NCBI GenBank assembly: GCA_963771045.1
Contig: CAVYRW010000004.1
Coordinates: forward strand, 864,001-928,000
Origin: Waddliaceae bacterium
Lineage (GTDB): Bacteria; Chlamydiota; Chlamydiia; Chlamydiales; SLFE01
Direction: 5' to 3'
DNA: 64,000 bases
Each line of letters opens with the position of its first letter. Position 1 is the stretch's first letter. The translations under genes and the position numbers were made by a program. The notes beneath the pieces were generated by a model. That model was not told where the DNA came from. It made no database searches and saw only the letters and a program-made list of their open reading frames with translations. Positions 41,807 through 51,926 of this stretch are shown here, piece after piece.

Positions 41807-43081
41807 ATGAGTATTGTCGTCTTATCGGTTCTCCTTCTTTTTATTATCGGATATTCCCTAATCATTTTTGAATATCTGGTCAGAACGAGTAAGGCGGCCA
41901 TAGCTCTTTTATGCGGAATTGGCTGCTGGTGGATTTATTTCGATTATGGAGAAGGGACCCTTGACTACAAGTTTTCTGTTCTCATCGAAAATCTTGGCGA
42001 TATCTCCCAATTGCTCTTCTTCCTGATGGGCGCGATTACAATTGTCGAGATTATCAATGCCCATGCGGGTTTTGATATTCTGGGCAGATTGCTCAAAGGG
42101 GTTTCCAGGCGCTATTTTTACAGTATGATCCTCTTAATTGCCTTTTTTCTTTCCTCTGTGCTGGATAACCTGACGACGTTGATCGTCCTTGTATGTTTGG
42201 TGAAGCAAGTGATCCCGGATTCTTATAATAGAAAAGTGATCTGTTCAGGGCTTGTCACAGCGGTAAATGCCGGGGGAGCATGGACCCCTATTGGGGATGT
42301 GACAACGACGATGCTTTGGATTCAGTACAGAATCACAACTTTGTCAATCATGCAAAGCCTTTTTATTCCCTCTCTTGTGTGTCTTGTTGTTTTTGGTCTC
42401 ATCCATTCATTTTTTATGAAGAAAGATGACAGCTGCTATGATATTCCTGAATTGCCGGTTCAGCAGCATCCCGAATCTCTCTGGGTTTTAATTCTGGGCA
42501 TGGCAACTCTGGCTTCAGTTCCAATACTAAAAATTGTCTTTAACCTTCCCCCTTTTATGGGGATTTTATTCGGTCTTGGCGTTCTTTGGGTCATTACGGA
42601 TTGGATGCATCATGAAAAGGAGGATAAGCAACATTTAAAAGTCTATTATGTTCTCTCGAAAATCGATATGAGCACTGTGCTTTTCTTTTTAGGCATTCTT
42701 TTGGCTATCGATGCCCTCAAGGTTGTCGGATTTTTAGAGATTTTGGCAAACAAATTATTAGATGCCATGCCTGGTATTTACGGGATTGCTGTTCTTACAG
42801 GATTTTTATCGGCCATAATTGATAACGTTCCTCTAGTTGCCGCCAGCATCCGGATGTTTGATGTCTCTCAATTTCCACCTGATCACAACTTGTGGAAGCT
42901 CCTTGCGTTTTGCGCGGGAACAGGAGGAAGTATGTTGATCATTGGTTCAGCTCCCGGCGTCGCCCTCATGTCGCTCGAAAAAATCTCATTTTGGTGGTAT
43001 GCCAAACGGGTAGGCTGGATTTCTCTTATCGCTTTTTTATCCGGTGTCTTGACCTATTTTTTTCTAAACAGCATTATTTAA
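41807..43081 (+). CDS. nhaD: Na+/H+ antiporter, NhaD family
   Basis: LDNLTT, NAGGAWTPIGDVTT, IDNVPLVA and GTGGSMLIIGSA motifs. Confidence 0.92.
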   Translation: MSIVVLSVLLLFIIGYSLIIFEYLVRTSKAAIALLCGIGCWWIYFDYGEGTLDYKFSVLIENLGDISQLLFFLMGAITIVEIINAHAGFDILGRLLKGVSRRYFYSMILLIAFFLSSVLDNLTTLIVLVCLVKQVIPDSYNRKVICSGLVTAVNAGGAWTPIGDVTTTMLWIQYRITTLSIMQSLFIPSLVCLVVFGLIHSFFMKKDDSCYDIPELPVQQHPESLWVLILGMATLASVPILKIVFNLPPFMGILFGLGVLWVITDWMHHEKEDKQHLKVYYVLSKIDMSTVLFFLGILLAIDALKVVGFLEILANKLLDAMPGIYGIAVLTGFLSAIIDNVPLVAASIRMFDVSQFPPDHNLWKLLAFCAGTGGSMLIIGSAPGVALMSLEKISFWWYAKRVGWISLIAFLSGVLTYFFLNSII

Positions 43082-43085
43082 ATTT

Positions 43086-43934
43086 ATGCAAAAATTTTCC
43101 GTTAACAATAAAGAATCCGGCTTAAGTGTCTTTGATTTTCTTAAAATGAAACTCCAAGGACAAATGTCTAATCGAAAAATTAAAGAAGCGATCGACCTTG
43201 GAGGATGTTTGATTAACAACAAAGTCGAGCGCTACGGAAATGTCTTTTTGCAAACAGGAGACGTTGTAGAGCTTAAGATCAGGCGGAGGAATAAACTGTC
43301 ATTTGAATCAAGGCGCATTCTTTTTGAGTCGGAAGATGTTCTCGCATATGACAAACCGGCAGGCCTCATCTGCGATCAGCAAGGGTTATTCCTTCTGAAA
43401 GACTATGATGAAAATTTGTCTTTCGTCCACCGTCTCGATCAGTATACTACCGGTGTTTTGCTGCTGGCCAAAAATGAGAAAGCAAAAAAACATCTTGAGG
43501 AGCTGTTTAGAAAACGCGATGTGGAAAAAACTTATCTCGCTCTTGTTATCGGCAAAGTCAAACCATCCTCCGGAGTTGTCCAGAATCGTTTGGGAAAAAT
43601 CAAAGAGGGTGTTTGGGGAGAAATTAAAGGGGGGCGGTATGCGGAAACTTTTTGGAAAGTTCTCAAGCAAGGAGATGCCGCTGCTTTGGTGGAATGTCAA
43701 CCCACAACAGGGAGGACTCATCAAATACGCGTTCATATGGCCGGTTTAGGGCATCCCGTCCTCGGCGATGACCGATACGGGCAAAAACAGCCCCTTGCCT
43801 ATCATCCCGAGCATTATCTCCTTCACGCCTACAAGTTAAAATTTCAGTCTACGGAAATTACCGCCCATCTGCCCAGGCATTTTGTAGAAAGCTGTAAAAG
43901 TCTTGTGAAAGAACTTCCGCAGGAATTTCTTTAA
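43086..43934 (+). CDS. RluA-family pseudouridine synthase
   Basis: S4-like N-terminus; KPAG, HRLD and TGRTHQIRVH motifs. Confidence 0.93.
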   Translation: MQKFSVNNKESGLSVFDFLKMKLQGQMSNRKIKEAIDLGGCLINNKVERYGNVFLQTGDVVELKIRRRNKLSFESRRILFESEDVLAYDKPAGLICDQQGLFLLKDYDENLSFVHRLDQYTTGVLLLAKNEKAKKHLEELFRKRDVEKTYLALVIGKVKPSSGVVQNRLGKIKEGVWGEIKGGRYAETFWKVLKQGDAAALVECQPTTGRTHQIRVHMAGLGHPVLGDDRYGQKQPLAYHPEHYLLHAYKLKFQSTEITAHLPRHFVESCKSLVKELPQEFL

Positions 43935-44904
43935 TGCAAGCTCCTGTGGTGCAAGATCTTAAAATTGGGCATCTCTTATCAAAGGTTTTTCCGTAGGGGC
44001 AATGACCCTGGAAAGAGCGGTGAGAGGAGCCTGCGGGGCGATATTTTTTTGCGTTTGAGGGACCAAAAATGCTGTATGTGGGGGTTGTTGTCGTTGCTGC
44101 AAGATGAAGGGAAAGGGAATCCATGGCGATGACAAGATCAACTTTTGACATGAGGTTTTGCAAGGAGGAAAGAGAAAGAAAGGGGAGAATCGTGCTTTCG
44201 GGGAGACGAAGCTTTTCTACAAGTTTTTTTTCCTGCACGTTTCCCCAAACGAGTAAAAAATGACACTTTGCCGTTTCCTGAATGTTTGTAAGAAATTTTA
44301 ATATTGTTTCGGGAGCGAGCTGTTTATTGATCCAATTCGCTCCCGGGCAGACTAAATAATTTGGTTTTCCGGGAATGAGAAATGAATCGATAGACTTTGT
44401 TGACTTGAGGGCGACTCCGGGGTCTGAAAACGGTTTGTCATCATTTAAATGGAATTTTACAAGATTGAGATAATCGTCTCTTATGTTGCAATCGGCGGGA
44501 GGATTGACACGCTTGTTGCTAAATAAGGTATTCGGCCATTCAGGGGCGGTCTTCATTCCAAACCCAAGTCGGACCAAGCCGCGAGCTTGTCTGGCGAGCA
44601 GGCCTGATTTGATATTCCCTTGCAAGTCGATGATCAAATCATAATCGATCTTTAGAAGCGTTGACCGAAACTTCTTCCACTCGCTGATGGTTTGTCTTGA
44701 GAGGGGGGAGCAGCGCCATGCTTTTGTTTTCACTTTGATGGTTCTTTCAATAGAGGGGTGCGATTCCGTAAGTTCGGAAAAGGGCTCTTCGACGAGCCAG
44801 TCGATTTGGCATTTGGGGAACTTGTGCTTGAGATAGGAAACAACCGGAAAAGAGTGGATGATATCGCCAAGCGAGGACGTCTTGACGATGAGTATCCTAT
44901 TCAA
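43858..44904 (-). CDS. GT9 glycosyltransferase, LPS heptosyltransferase-like
   Basis: RILIVKTSSLGDIIH, DLQG and DS-x-x-LHLA motifs; start probably TTG 44904 (GGAGG upstream) or ATG 44937. Confidence 0.85.
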   Translation of the reverse strand: MNRILIVKTSSLGDIIHSFPVVSYLKHKFPKCQIDWLVEEPFSELTESHPSIERTIKVKTKAWRCSPLSRQTISEWKKFRSTLLKIDYDLIIDLQGNIKSGLLARQARGLVRLGFGMKTAPEWPNTLFSNKRVNPPADCNIRDDYLNLVKFHLNDDKPFSDPGVALKSTKSIDSFLIPGKPNYLVCPGANWINKQLAPETILKFLTNIQETAKCHFLLVWGNVQEKKLVEKLRLPESTILPFLSLSSLQNLMSKVDLVIAMDSLSLHLAATTTTPTYSIFGPSNAKKYRPAGSSHRSFQGHCPYGKTFDKRCPILRSCTTGACIKEIPAEVLSQDFYSFLQNAWADGR

Positions 44905-45994
44905 TCCATCCTCCGCCGAACACTTTGTCGTCTTCATAAAATACGCAGGCCTGTCCGGGGGTGACTGCGTGCTGGGCTTCGTCAAAAACAATGCGGGCAC
45001 GCTTGTTTTCAAGAGGGTAGACGGTTCCGCGGCTTTCGGGGCCGCGTGATCGGATCTTAATTGCAACCCGGTATGAGTCTCCTATCCGGCCTTCCTTGAC
45101 GATCCAGTTCACTCCTGAAATGATAAACTCTTCTTGTTTGACATCGTTTTTTGATCCGACGATGACATCATTGCTTTTCGCGTCGATGCCGGTGACATAG
45201 AGGGGCTCGCCAAAAGCGATGCCAAGCCCTTTTCTTTGGCCTATTGTGACACTGTGGATCCCTTTATGCTCTCCAAGGACGCGTCCGTCGGCATGTTTGA
45301 TTTTTCCTTTGGCGGCTTTCGACTCCTCGGGAAAATGGCGTTCTAAAAACGCCGCATAGTTGCCGTCTGGAATGAAACAGATATCCTGGCTTTCGGGTTT
45401 TGTTGCGGTGACAAGCTCATCTTTTCCTGCCAGTTTGCGGATTTCTTCTTTTGTGTAGTCGCCTACGGGAAACAGCGTTTTGGATAGCTGCTCTTGAGTC
45501 ATGCTGAAAAGAAAGTAAGTTTGGTCCTTGCTCGGATCCTTGCCCCTGAGAAGAAGCCACCTGCCGCTTTTATCATCGAACTGGATTCGAGCGTAATGGC
45601 CAGTGCAGACTTTTGAGGCGCCGACTTCCATGGCTTTTTTATAAAGCGTATCGAATTTGAGTTTTTCATTGCAGAGGATGCAGGGACTCGGCGTTCTGCC
45701 GGCAAAGTATTCTTCTGCGAATTTCATCACTACTTTGTTCCAAAACTCTTCTTTGAAATTGATGGCGTAGTAGGGCATGCCGAGAGTTTCTGCCACAAGG
45801 CGGGCGTCTTCAACCGACTCAGCTCCGCAGCAAGACTGCGCCGAGCATTCAGTTTCTTCAGCTTCGGGTCCTTTCCAGAGCCTCATTGTCATGCCGACGC
45901 AGTCATACCCTGCTTTCATCATTAAAGATGCGCAGACAGATGAATCGACTCCCCCAGACATGGCGATGACAAGTTTTTCTTTAGTTTTTGACAT
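44897..45994 (-). CDS. mnmA: tRNA 2-thiouridine(34) synthase
   Basis: AMSGGVDSS, PCILCN, TGHYA, KDQTYFL, ESQDICF and TPGQ motifs. Confidence 0.97.
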   Translation of the reverse strand: MSKTKEKLVIAMSGGVDSSVCASLMMKAGYDCVGMTMRLWKGPEAEETECSAQSCCGAESVEDARLVAETLGMPYYAINFKEEFWNKVVMKFAEEYFAGRTPSPCILCNEKLKFDTLYKKAMEVGASKVCTGHYARIQFDDKSGRWLLLRGKDPSKDQTYFLFSMTQEQLSKTLFPVGDYTKEEIRKLAGKDELVTATKPESQDICFIPDGNYAAFLERHFPEESKAAKGKIKHADGRVLGEHKGIHSVTIGQRKGLGIAFGEPLYVTGIDAKSNDVIVGSKNDVKQEEFIISGVNWIVKEGRIGDSYRVAIKIRSRGPESRGTVYPLENKRARIVFDEAQHAVTPGQACVFYEDDKVFGGGWIE

Positions 45995-47078
45995 AGTCAC
46001 CTTCACAAAGAAGATCAAAATTAATGTTAGTTTCTACAAGTTCAATCGCTCTTTCTACTTTAGAGCTGTCCTCTTTTCGAATTTTAGCTGTAAAAGAGGA
46101 CATTTTCCGCATTGCTTCATAAGTGCAGAGCGGAGCGTATAAAGCCGGGACGTCGGATCGCCGGATTTCTTTGAGCAGTGAGCTGCCCGGTTCATGGCGG
46201 CCCGTCAGGATAATCCCTCCCCGAAAATCGACTTCTTCGTGCTTTTTGAGCAGCGCGAGAACGATATCTTGTCGCGTAGCCGGAGTGATGATCAGCTGGT
46301 TGGGGACCATTTCGGCGAGATAAGCTTCCAATGAGCAGGCGACTAGCCGCTTGTCTCTAAAATGTCGCAGTCGATTGCAGGCTCCGGATAAAAGCTCCGT
46401 TTCAAACAGCGAGGCAAAGTCCTGCATTGTGGGGGTGTTGAGAAATTCACTGTAGGGAACGCATCCGATTAAGGGGATGCCCCATTTAGCAAGGGCTTTT
46501 GGAAAATAATGCAGGATCATGTCCTTTTTCTCGTTCAGCACTTTATTGAGGATGATTCCCCGGACTCTGAGCCCAGCTTTAAGACACATCTGAATGTTGA
46601 GGATAAGTTCGTCAAATGCCGATCCTAAACCTCCTGTAGAGATAAGGACGACGTCAAGTCCCAGGTCGGAGGCGACCCTGGCATTATTCAATTCGATTAT
46701 CGAACCGACTCCGACGTGTCCGGTGCCCTCGACAATAGTGTAATCGTTTTTTGAGGCGATATTATCAAATGATCGGCGAATTTTTTGCCTCATATCATCG
46801 GAATGGATCCGGTTGTCCAGAAATTCCCTTGTAAATCCCGGCGGGACGATAATGGGGCTCATTTCACTGTATTTGGATTTTAAGTTAAAGACTTCATGAA
46901 ACAGAACGACATCTTTGTCGACTTTTAAATTTTTTTTAATCGCTATATGCTGCTGGCCGACGGGTTTGATAAAGCCGACATTGTCAAATCTTTTTTTTAA
47001 CCCGGAGATCAATCCCAGGCAAACTGTTGTTTTTCCAACATTTTGACCCGTAGCGGCTATAAAAATCGCTTTAGACAT
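45981..47078 (-). CDS. Stand-alone BioD-like/DRTGG protein (phosphotransacetylase N-terminal type)
   Basis: ATGQNVGKTT, GFIKPVGQ, IVEGTGH and GIILNK motifs. Confidence 0.8.
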   Translation of the reverse strand: MSKAIFIAATGQNVGKTTVCLGLISGLKKRFDNVGFIKPVGQQHIAIKKNLKVDKDVVLFHEVFNLKSKYSEMSPIIVPPGFTREFLDNRIHSDDMRQKIRRSFDNIASKNDYTIVEGTGHVGVGSIIELNNARVASDLGLDVVLISTGGLGSAFDELILNIQMCLKAGLRVRGIILNKVLNEKKDMILHYFPKALAKWGIPLIGCVPYSEFLNTPTMQDFASLFETELLSGACNRLRHFRDKRLVACSLEAYLAEMVPNQLIITPATRQDIVLALLKKHEEVDFRGGIILTGRHEPGSSLLKEIRRSDVPALYAPLCTYEAMRKMSSFTAKIRKEDSSKVERAIELVETNINFDLLCEGDYVKN

Positions 47079-47114
47079 ACGAACAATTTAACACAAAAAA
47101 GGATAAAAATCGAG

Positions 47115-48365
47115 TTAGTTTAGCTTTTGAGCGATTAGATTAGCCAAATTTTTCCGCCAATTTAAGCGGGATCTGTAGACAGTATCGGGATTTCCTTGCC
47201 ATTTAACCGCTTGAGCGATCTGATTGACAATACGGTTGATGTCTATTTCTTCTCCAAGTCCGTGTCTCTTTAAATATTTACCATTGCATTTTTCTTGAGA
47301 TATGGTTGGAAGCCAAATGGTGTAAACACCCATTTCGGTTGATTCTGCAGTAGTCGACCCCCCTCTTTTGGATACCAATACTCCGGGTATCGGCTGAACT
47401 CTGGAGGCGATTTTCATATATTTTGCCATTTTTTCTTCATCGAGATAGTTTTCTATTATCACTCGAACTTCAGGATGAGGACCCATTAATCCCAGCCCAT
47501 TCTTAAGACGTTTTGCCGCGTCATTTTCTTTTCCGGTGACGGCAATCACACACAAAGGGTGCGCAAAGCTTTCGGGGGTCGATTTTAGTTGCCGAATTAC
47601 TTTAAACAGTTGAGTGGTCTCGGGTTCTTCATGTCCCATAATGATCACAACGCTTTCTTCGCTTCGAATCTTCAACTCCTTTCGAAGTTTGTCGATTGCA
47701 GCAGGATCGGTTTCACGCTGAAAAGCGCTCCTGACCGGAAATCCGATTTCTTTGACAAGAGACGAATATCGCGCGGCAGTCAGAGCTTTTTCTATCAATA
47801 TTCTATTGGCATCTTTTGTTTTATGGGGAAGGCAGTATTGCACTATGGAAGGGTTGTCATTGAGAAATCTGCTCATGAAGACAACACCTTGATTCACCTT
47901 GTAATCGGTGTGGACAACGAGAAAGGGGATGTTTAAGTCATAACCTATCTGCCTCCAGGAAGATTGGTGGGCGACGGTATTTACGATAAGATCGGGATTG
48001 AGTTGTTTGACGCGGTTTCTGAGATCTTGCAATCCGGAGTTGAGTTTATATCCTTGAACCTGGATTCCTAATATATTCTGTATTTCGAAATCGCCGCCAT
48101 TAACTATATGGACCTCATAACCTTGAGTGAGAAGATATTGCTTAATCCCTTTTGAGGCGCTATGATGTCCATTGCCGCAACTTCTGGTTAAAACAACTAC
48201 AGTTTTAGACGCAGTTGAATGCAATGTCGATACGGGTCTTAACTTTTGTTTTTTGCCCCATTCATTTTGAAGCGAGTCAAAAAAATCTCCCAAAACTTGT
48301 TGACGTTTCTCGGCTCTAGGTGAATTCATTAATATTTTCAGAAAGTCTTCAGAAAATGTTTTCAT
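47115..48365 (-). CDS. GT-B glycosyltransferase (GT28/MGDG-synthase-like); 3' part of a gene interrupted by IS1634
   Basis: CGNGHHSAS, VHTD, IGFPVR and KRGGSTTAES motifs. Confidence 0.75.
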   Translation of the reverse strand: MKTFSEDFLKILMNSPRAEKRQQVLGDFFDSLQNEWGKKQKLRPVSTLHSTASKTVVVLTRSCGNGHHSASKGIKQYLLTQGYEVHIVNGGDFEIQNILGIQVQGYKLNSGLQDLRNRVKQLNPDLIVNTVAHQSSWRQIGYDLNIPFLVVHTDYKVNQGVVFMSRFLNDNPSIVQYCLPHKTKDANRILIEKALTAARYSSLVKEIGFPVRSAFQRETDPAAIDKLRKELKIRSEESVVIIMGHEEPETTQLFKVIRQLKSTPESFAHPLCVIAVTGKENDAAKRLKNGLGLMGPHPEVRVIIENYLDEEKMAKYMKIASRVQPIPGVLVSKRGGSTTAESTEMGVYTIWLPTISQEKCNGKYLKRHGLGEEIDINRIVNQIAQAVKWQGNPDTVYRSRLNWRKNLANLIAQKLN

Positions 48366-48463
48366 AAAAAGATTTCGATGATCTATAGACAGCGACCCTA
48401 ATAACTCAGAATGAGAAATTAACCAATTTCGAAAGGTTTCGGTATCAAAACCAACCCAGGCCT
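48292..48463. repeat. Left copy of the 172-bp target-site duplication
   Basis: Matches 51514-51685 except one base (48303 A versus 51525 G). Confidence 0.95.
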
Positions 48464-49883
48464 CCTGACTTGTGCCAATTAGTGTGACAAATCGACTTTG
48501 GAAAGACCGCTTTTATCAAAGTCCTCTAAATTGCTTTGTAATGTGATTCGTTTTCCCGTTAAACCATCTGTAATATGAGCTTCATGAACATTCCACAAGA
48601 TATCTCGTATCCTTCTCAAAGATAAACCTGCCTTGATCTCTAAGAATTTTCCCATCATCAGTGCCATAAAGCAAAGCAGTATGTGAGCCTTGATGGCATC
48701 GTGAGTGTAATGGAATATTGGACGGGTTTTCAGATCCGTTTTCGACATTCTAAAGGCTTGTTCTACATGCCAAAGTTCTTGATAATAGGAAATCACTTCC
48801 GCATTTGAAAACGTCTCTGATGGGATATTCGTTACATATCCTTTAATCCCCAAGAGATTCTCCGTCTTGGTCTTCAATTCTTTGTTTAGCTCGAGAGCAT
48901 CCTTGTGGCTCTCAGATTTCTTGACAAATTTAGCTCGTTTTCCCAGCTCCTTGCGATCAATCAGCTCATAAGCTCGTGCAAGTTGCTTCTCAAATTCGCG
49001 CCTGTCTTTTCTCTCACGTTTCTCAGAATAAGCGCAAATCACACTGTATGGCCGATTTGGATAAGGCAATCGAATAGTATTCCCATCCTGCTTAGTTAAG
49101 GTGGAGGTTAGCTTATTGATAAATGTTGCAGGAGCGTTAGCCAATCGAGCGCCTACAATGTATTTATATCCATCATCATCAAGGGATTTCATGTTTTCTT
49201 GGGACAACATAGCTGCATCTGCCACAATGATGGGTTTTGTGTTTTTATGGCATTCTTGAAACTGTTTGACGACTTCAAGCATCGTATGCCCTTCAAATGT
49301 GTTACCTTTGTAAATTTCATGTTTGAGAGGAAACCCTTGAAGAGTGACAAGTAAACCGACAACCACTTGTGGCTGCTTGGATTTATCATCCTTTGAAAAG
49401 CCACGCGCCCTTAAATCATCATTGGGCTCATGGCTTTCGAAATAGAGCGTTGTTACATCATACAGCACAAAAGCTAAGGTTTGATCTAAATGCGAGTTAG
49501 CAGTTTGGTAAGCGGCTTTTTCAATATCATCCTTGTAGTCAACAAGTTTTGGAAGAAGACGGCAAAGGGTGCGCCTTGCATAAGACAAGCCAAAGTAGCG
49601 TTCCAGAAGCTCCAATGTACGCAGTTTGGATGCAGGCTCAATAATTCTCATAAGAGCTAGATCCTGATAGAGGGGATTTAGAAACCCAAGCCCGCAGGTT
49701 TTGGAACAATCTCGGAGAAAATTGAGGGCAAACAGATGGGTAACGGACTGCAGGATTAGGTGTTCAGTATACACAAACGGTTTACCCTGAATACTTGCAA
49801 AAAGGGAGGGTTGAGTGCACAATTGCTCCCTGACAGCCTCAGCTTCCTGCAGTAAAACTGTTAATTCATCATCAGTGTTGGCG

Positions 49884-51281
49884 GGTAGTGTAATCTGAAC
49901 TGTGTAAATTAAGTTGCAAGTGTATTATAGTAAATACCTTGTAAACAAGTAGAAGGAGGTTCCTCCCCCTGCAGGGGGAGGGGCGACAAATTTTTAATTT
50001 TAATTTACACAGGAACAACTTATGAAATTCTCAAAACTAAAAATCGATCTCGATAAAGAGTTGTCGAAATGCGAAACCATGGACGACTTATGTGGCAAAA
50101 ACGGCCTTTTACAAAGGTTGTTGGGTGGTATGGTAGAACAACTCCTTGAGAAGGAAATGGAAGAGCATATCGGCTATTCCAAATACTCACCTGAAGGCCA
50201 TCACACCGGCAACAGCCGCAATGGCAAGCTTTCAAAATCTGTCCAAAGTTCCTACGGTCCTCTCGATTTAGAGGTGCCCCGAGATAGGAATGGTGATTTT
50301 GAGCCAAAAATCGTCAAGAAACGGCAACGAAATATTACCTCATTCGATCAGAAAATCCTCTCCATGTATGCAAAGGGAATGAGCACCCGGGATATACAGG
50401 CTCATGTTCAGGAAATATATGGTGCTGAAATATCCCCTACGGCCGTATCCCATATCACGGAAAAGGCTTTAGAAGTCGCAAGAGAGTGGCAATCAAGACC
50501 GCTTGAAAAGATCTACGCTATTACCTATTTTGATGCTATTCATTATAAGGTTCGTGAAGATGGAAAGGTGGTTACAAAAGCTGTGTATACCTGCCTGGGA
50601 ATCGATCTTGAGGGGCGAAAGGATGTTTTAGGTTTATGGATCGGTGAAAACGAAGGAGCCAAATTTTGGTTACGAGTTTTCACAGAGCTTAAAAATAGAG
50701 GCGTTGACGACGTTTTAATTGCCTGTGTTGATGGCTTAAAAGGAATGCCGGAAGCAATTAATGCCGTGTTTCCCGAGACTGAGATTCAGTTATGCGTCAT
50801 CCATTTGATCCGAAATTCGTTTAAATACATTCCTCATAAGCATTCGAAGGAATTTGTGTCGGATCTGAAAAACATCTATCGGGCTGAAACAGAAATTTTG
50901 GCTGAGGAAAACCTGCTTGTTCTGCAGGAAAAATGGGCAACAAGATACCCCTTAGCCGTCAATCCCTGGGCAGACAACTGGGATAATATCCGAACCTTTT
51001 TTAAATACCCCGAAGAAATTCGACGTATTATTTATACTACAAATGCCGTAGAATCACTCCACAGGCAGTTTAGAAAGACTACAAAAAGCCGTTCTGTCTT
51101 TCCAACAGACGACTCTCTTTTCAAATTGCTATTTTTAACTGTCTCGGGCTTATCCGAGAAATGGACAAAGCCTATCAAAGGCTGGATATCAGCAATATCT
51201 CAGTTTTCAATTCTGTTTGGCGACAGGATGAAAAAAGCGATGGGGCTGTAAATGAGTTTACACAGTTTATTTTACACCCTC
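49884..51281 (+). mobile_element. IS256-family IS, 1398 bp
   Basis: IRs GGTAGTGTAATCTGAACTGTGTAAATT / GAGGGTGTAAAATAAACTGTGTAAACT; 8-bp TSD TGTTGGCG at 49876-49883 and 51282-51289. Confidence 0.95.
50022..51251 (+). CDS. IS256-family transposase
   Basis: VPRDRNG, FDAI, VDGLKG, QLCVIH and YTTNAVES motifs. Confidence 0.96.
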   Translation: MKFSKLKIDLDKELSKCETMDDLCGKNGLLQRLLGGMVEQLLEKEMEEHIGYSKYSPEGHHTGNSRNGKLSKSVQSSYGPLDLEVPRDRNGDFEPKIVKKRQRNITSFDQKILSMYAKGMSTRDIQAHVQEIYGAEISPTAVSHITEKALEVAREWQSRPLEKIYAITYFDAIHYKVREDGKVVTKAVYTCLGIDLEGRKDVLGLWIGENEGAKFWLRVFTELKNRGVDDVLIACVDGLKGMPEAINAVFPETEIQLCVIHLIRNSFKYIPHKHSKEFVSDLKNIYRAETEILAEENLLVLQEKWATRYPLAVNPWADNWDNIRTFFKYPEEIRRIIYTTNAVESLHRQFRKTTKSRSVFPTDDSLFKLLFLTVSGLSEKWTKPIKGWISAISQFSILFGDRMKKAMGL

Positions 51282-51513
51282 TGTTGGCGCTACCAATATG
51301 GCGAACAATCTTGCATTTTCTTTTTTCGTACTTAACAACCTGAATAGCTGTAGCACCAGATCCGGTACGAACCTTTCGAATAGTGAGATCCCCGCGCATA
51401 CCTCAAAACAACCCTTAGTGTGACAACTCACACTAATTATTTTCATAAGTCATTGTAATTCAATGATATTTTCTGAGAGTATATCAGAATCTCGAAAAAT
51501 GGCACAAGTCAGG

Positions 51514-51685
51514 AAAACTTGTTGGCGTTTCTCGGCTCTAGGTGAATTCATTAATATTTTCAGAAAGTCTTCAGAAAATGTTTTCATAAAAAGATTTCGA
51601 TGATCTATAGACAGCGACCCTAATAACTCAGAATGAGAAATTAACCAATTTCGAAAGGTTTCGGTATCAAAACCAACCCAGGCCT
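51514..51685. repeat. Right copy of the 172-bp target-site duplication
   Basis: Matches 48292-48463 with one mismatch. Confidence 0.95.
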
Positions 51686-51860
51686 CGTTGAGTTTATTGT
51701 AATACTTTTCATAGACTGATCGTATGACTTGTCCCTTTTCAGGATCATTCAGACGATCGGCTATCTTGTTTTCAAGGGCCTCTGGATGACTTGAAAACTT
51801 CGACTTTTCCTTAATCACTTGATGGTAGGAAACCCTATCAAATAGTTCTGCTCGATTCAT
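51514..51860 (-). pseudogene. 5' part of the interrupted glycosyltransferase gene
   Basis: Shares MKTFSEDFLKILMNSPRAEKRQQV with ORF 47115-48365; removing the IS and one repeat copy restores a 507-aa frame. Confidence 0.85.
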
Positions 51861-51926
51861 AATAGTAGATATAATAAAAGTTTCGTTTATATTATTTATT
51901 AATTTTTTATTAAGAATGTGTTAATT

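Larger units (their letters stand above)
48479..51399 (-). pseudogene. IS1634-family transposase split by IS256
   Basis: N-terminus IRKVRTGSGATAIQVV...HIGSAN continues below 49883; YDVTTLYFE, GFSKD, VADAAM and LWHVEQAFRMSK motifs. Confidence 0.9.
48464..51513 (-). mobile_element. IS1634-family IS interrupted by IS256
   Basis: 14-bp IRs CCTGACTTGTGCCA; flanked by 172-bp direct repeats. Confidence 0.93.

Noticed and set aside
44905..45066. N-terminal extension of the GT9 ORF
   Set aside because: It overlaps mnmA coding sequence in another frame; GT9 similarity starts at RILIVK
17235..51281. Composite transposon bounded by the two IS256 elements
   Set aside because: The IRs and transposases differ, each element has its own TSD pair, and core genes lie between them
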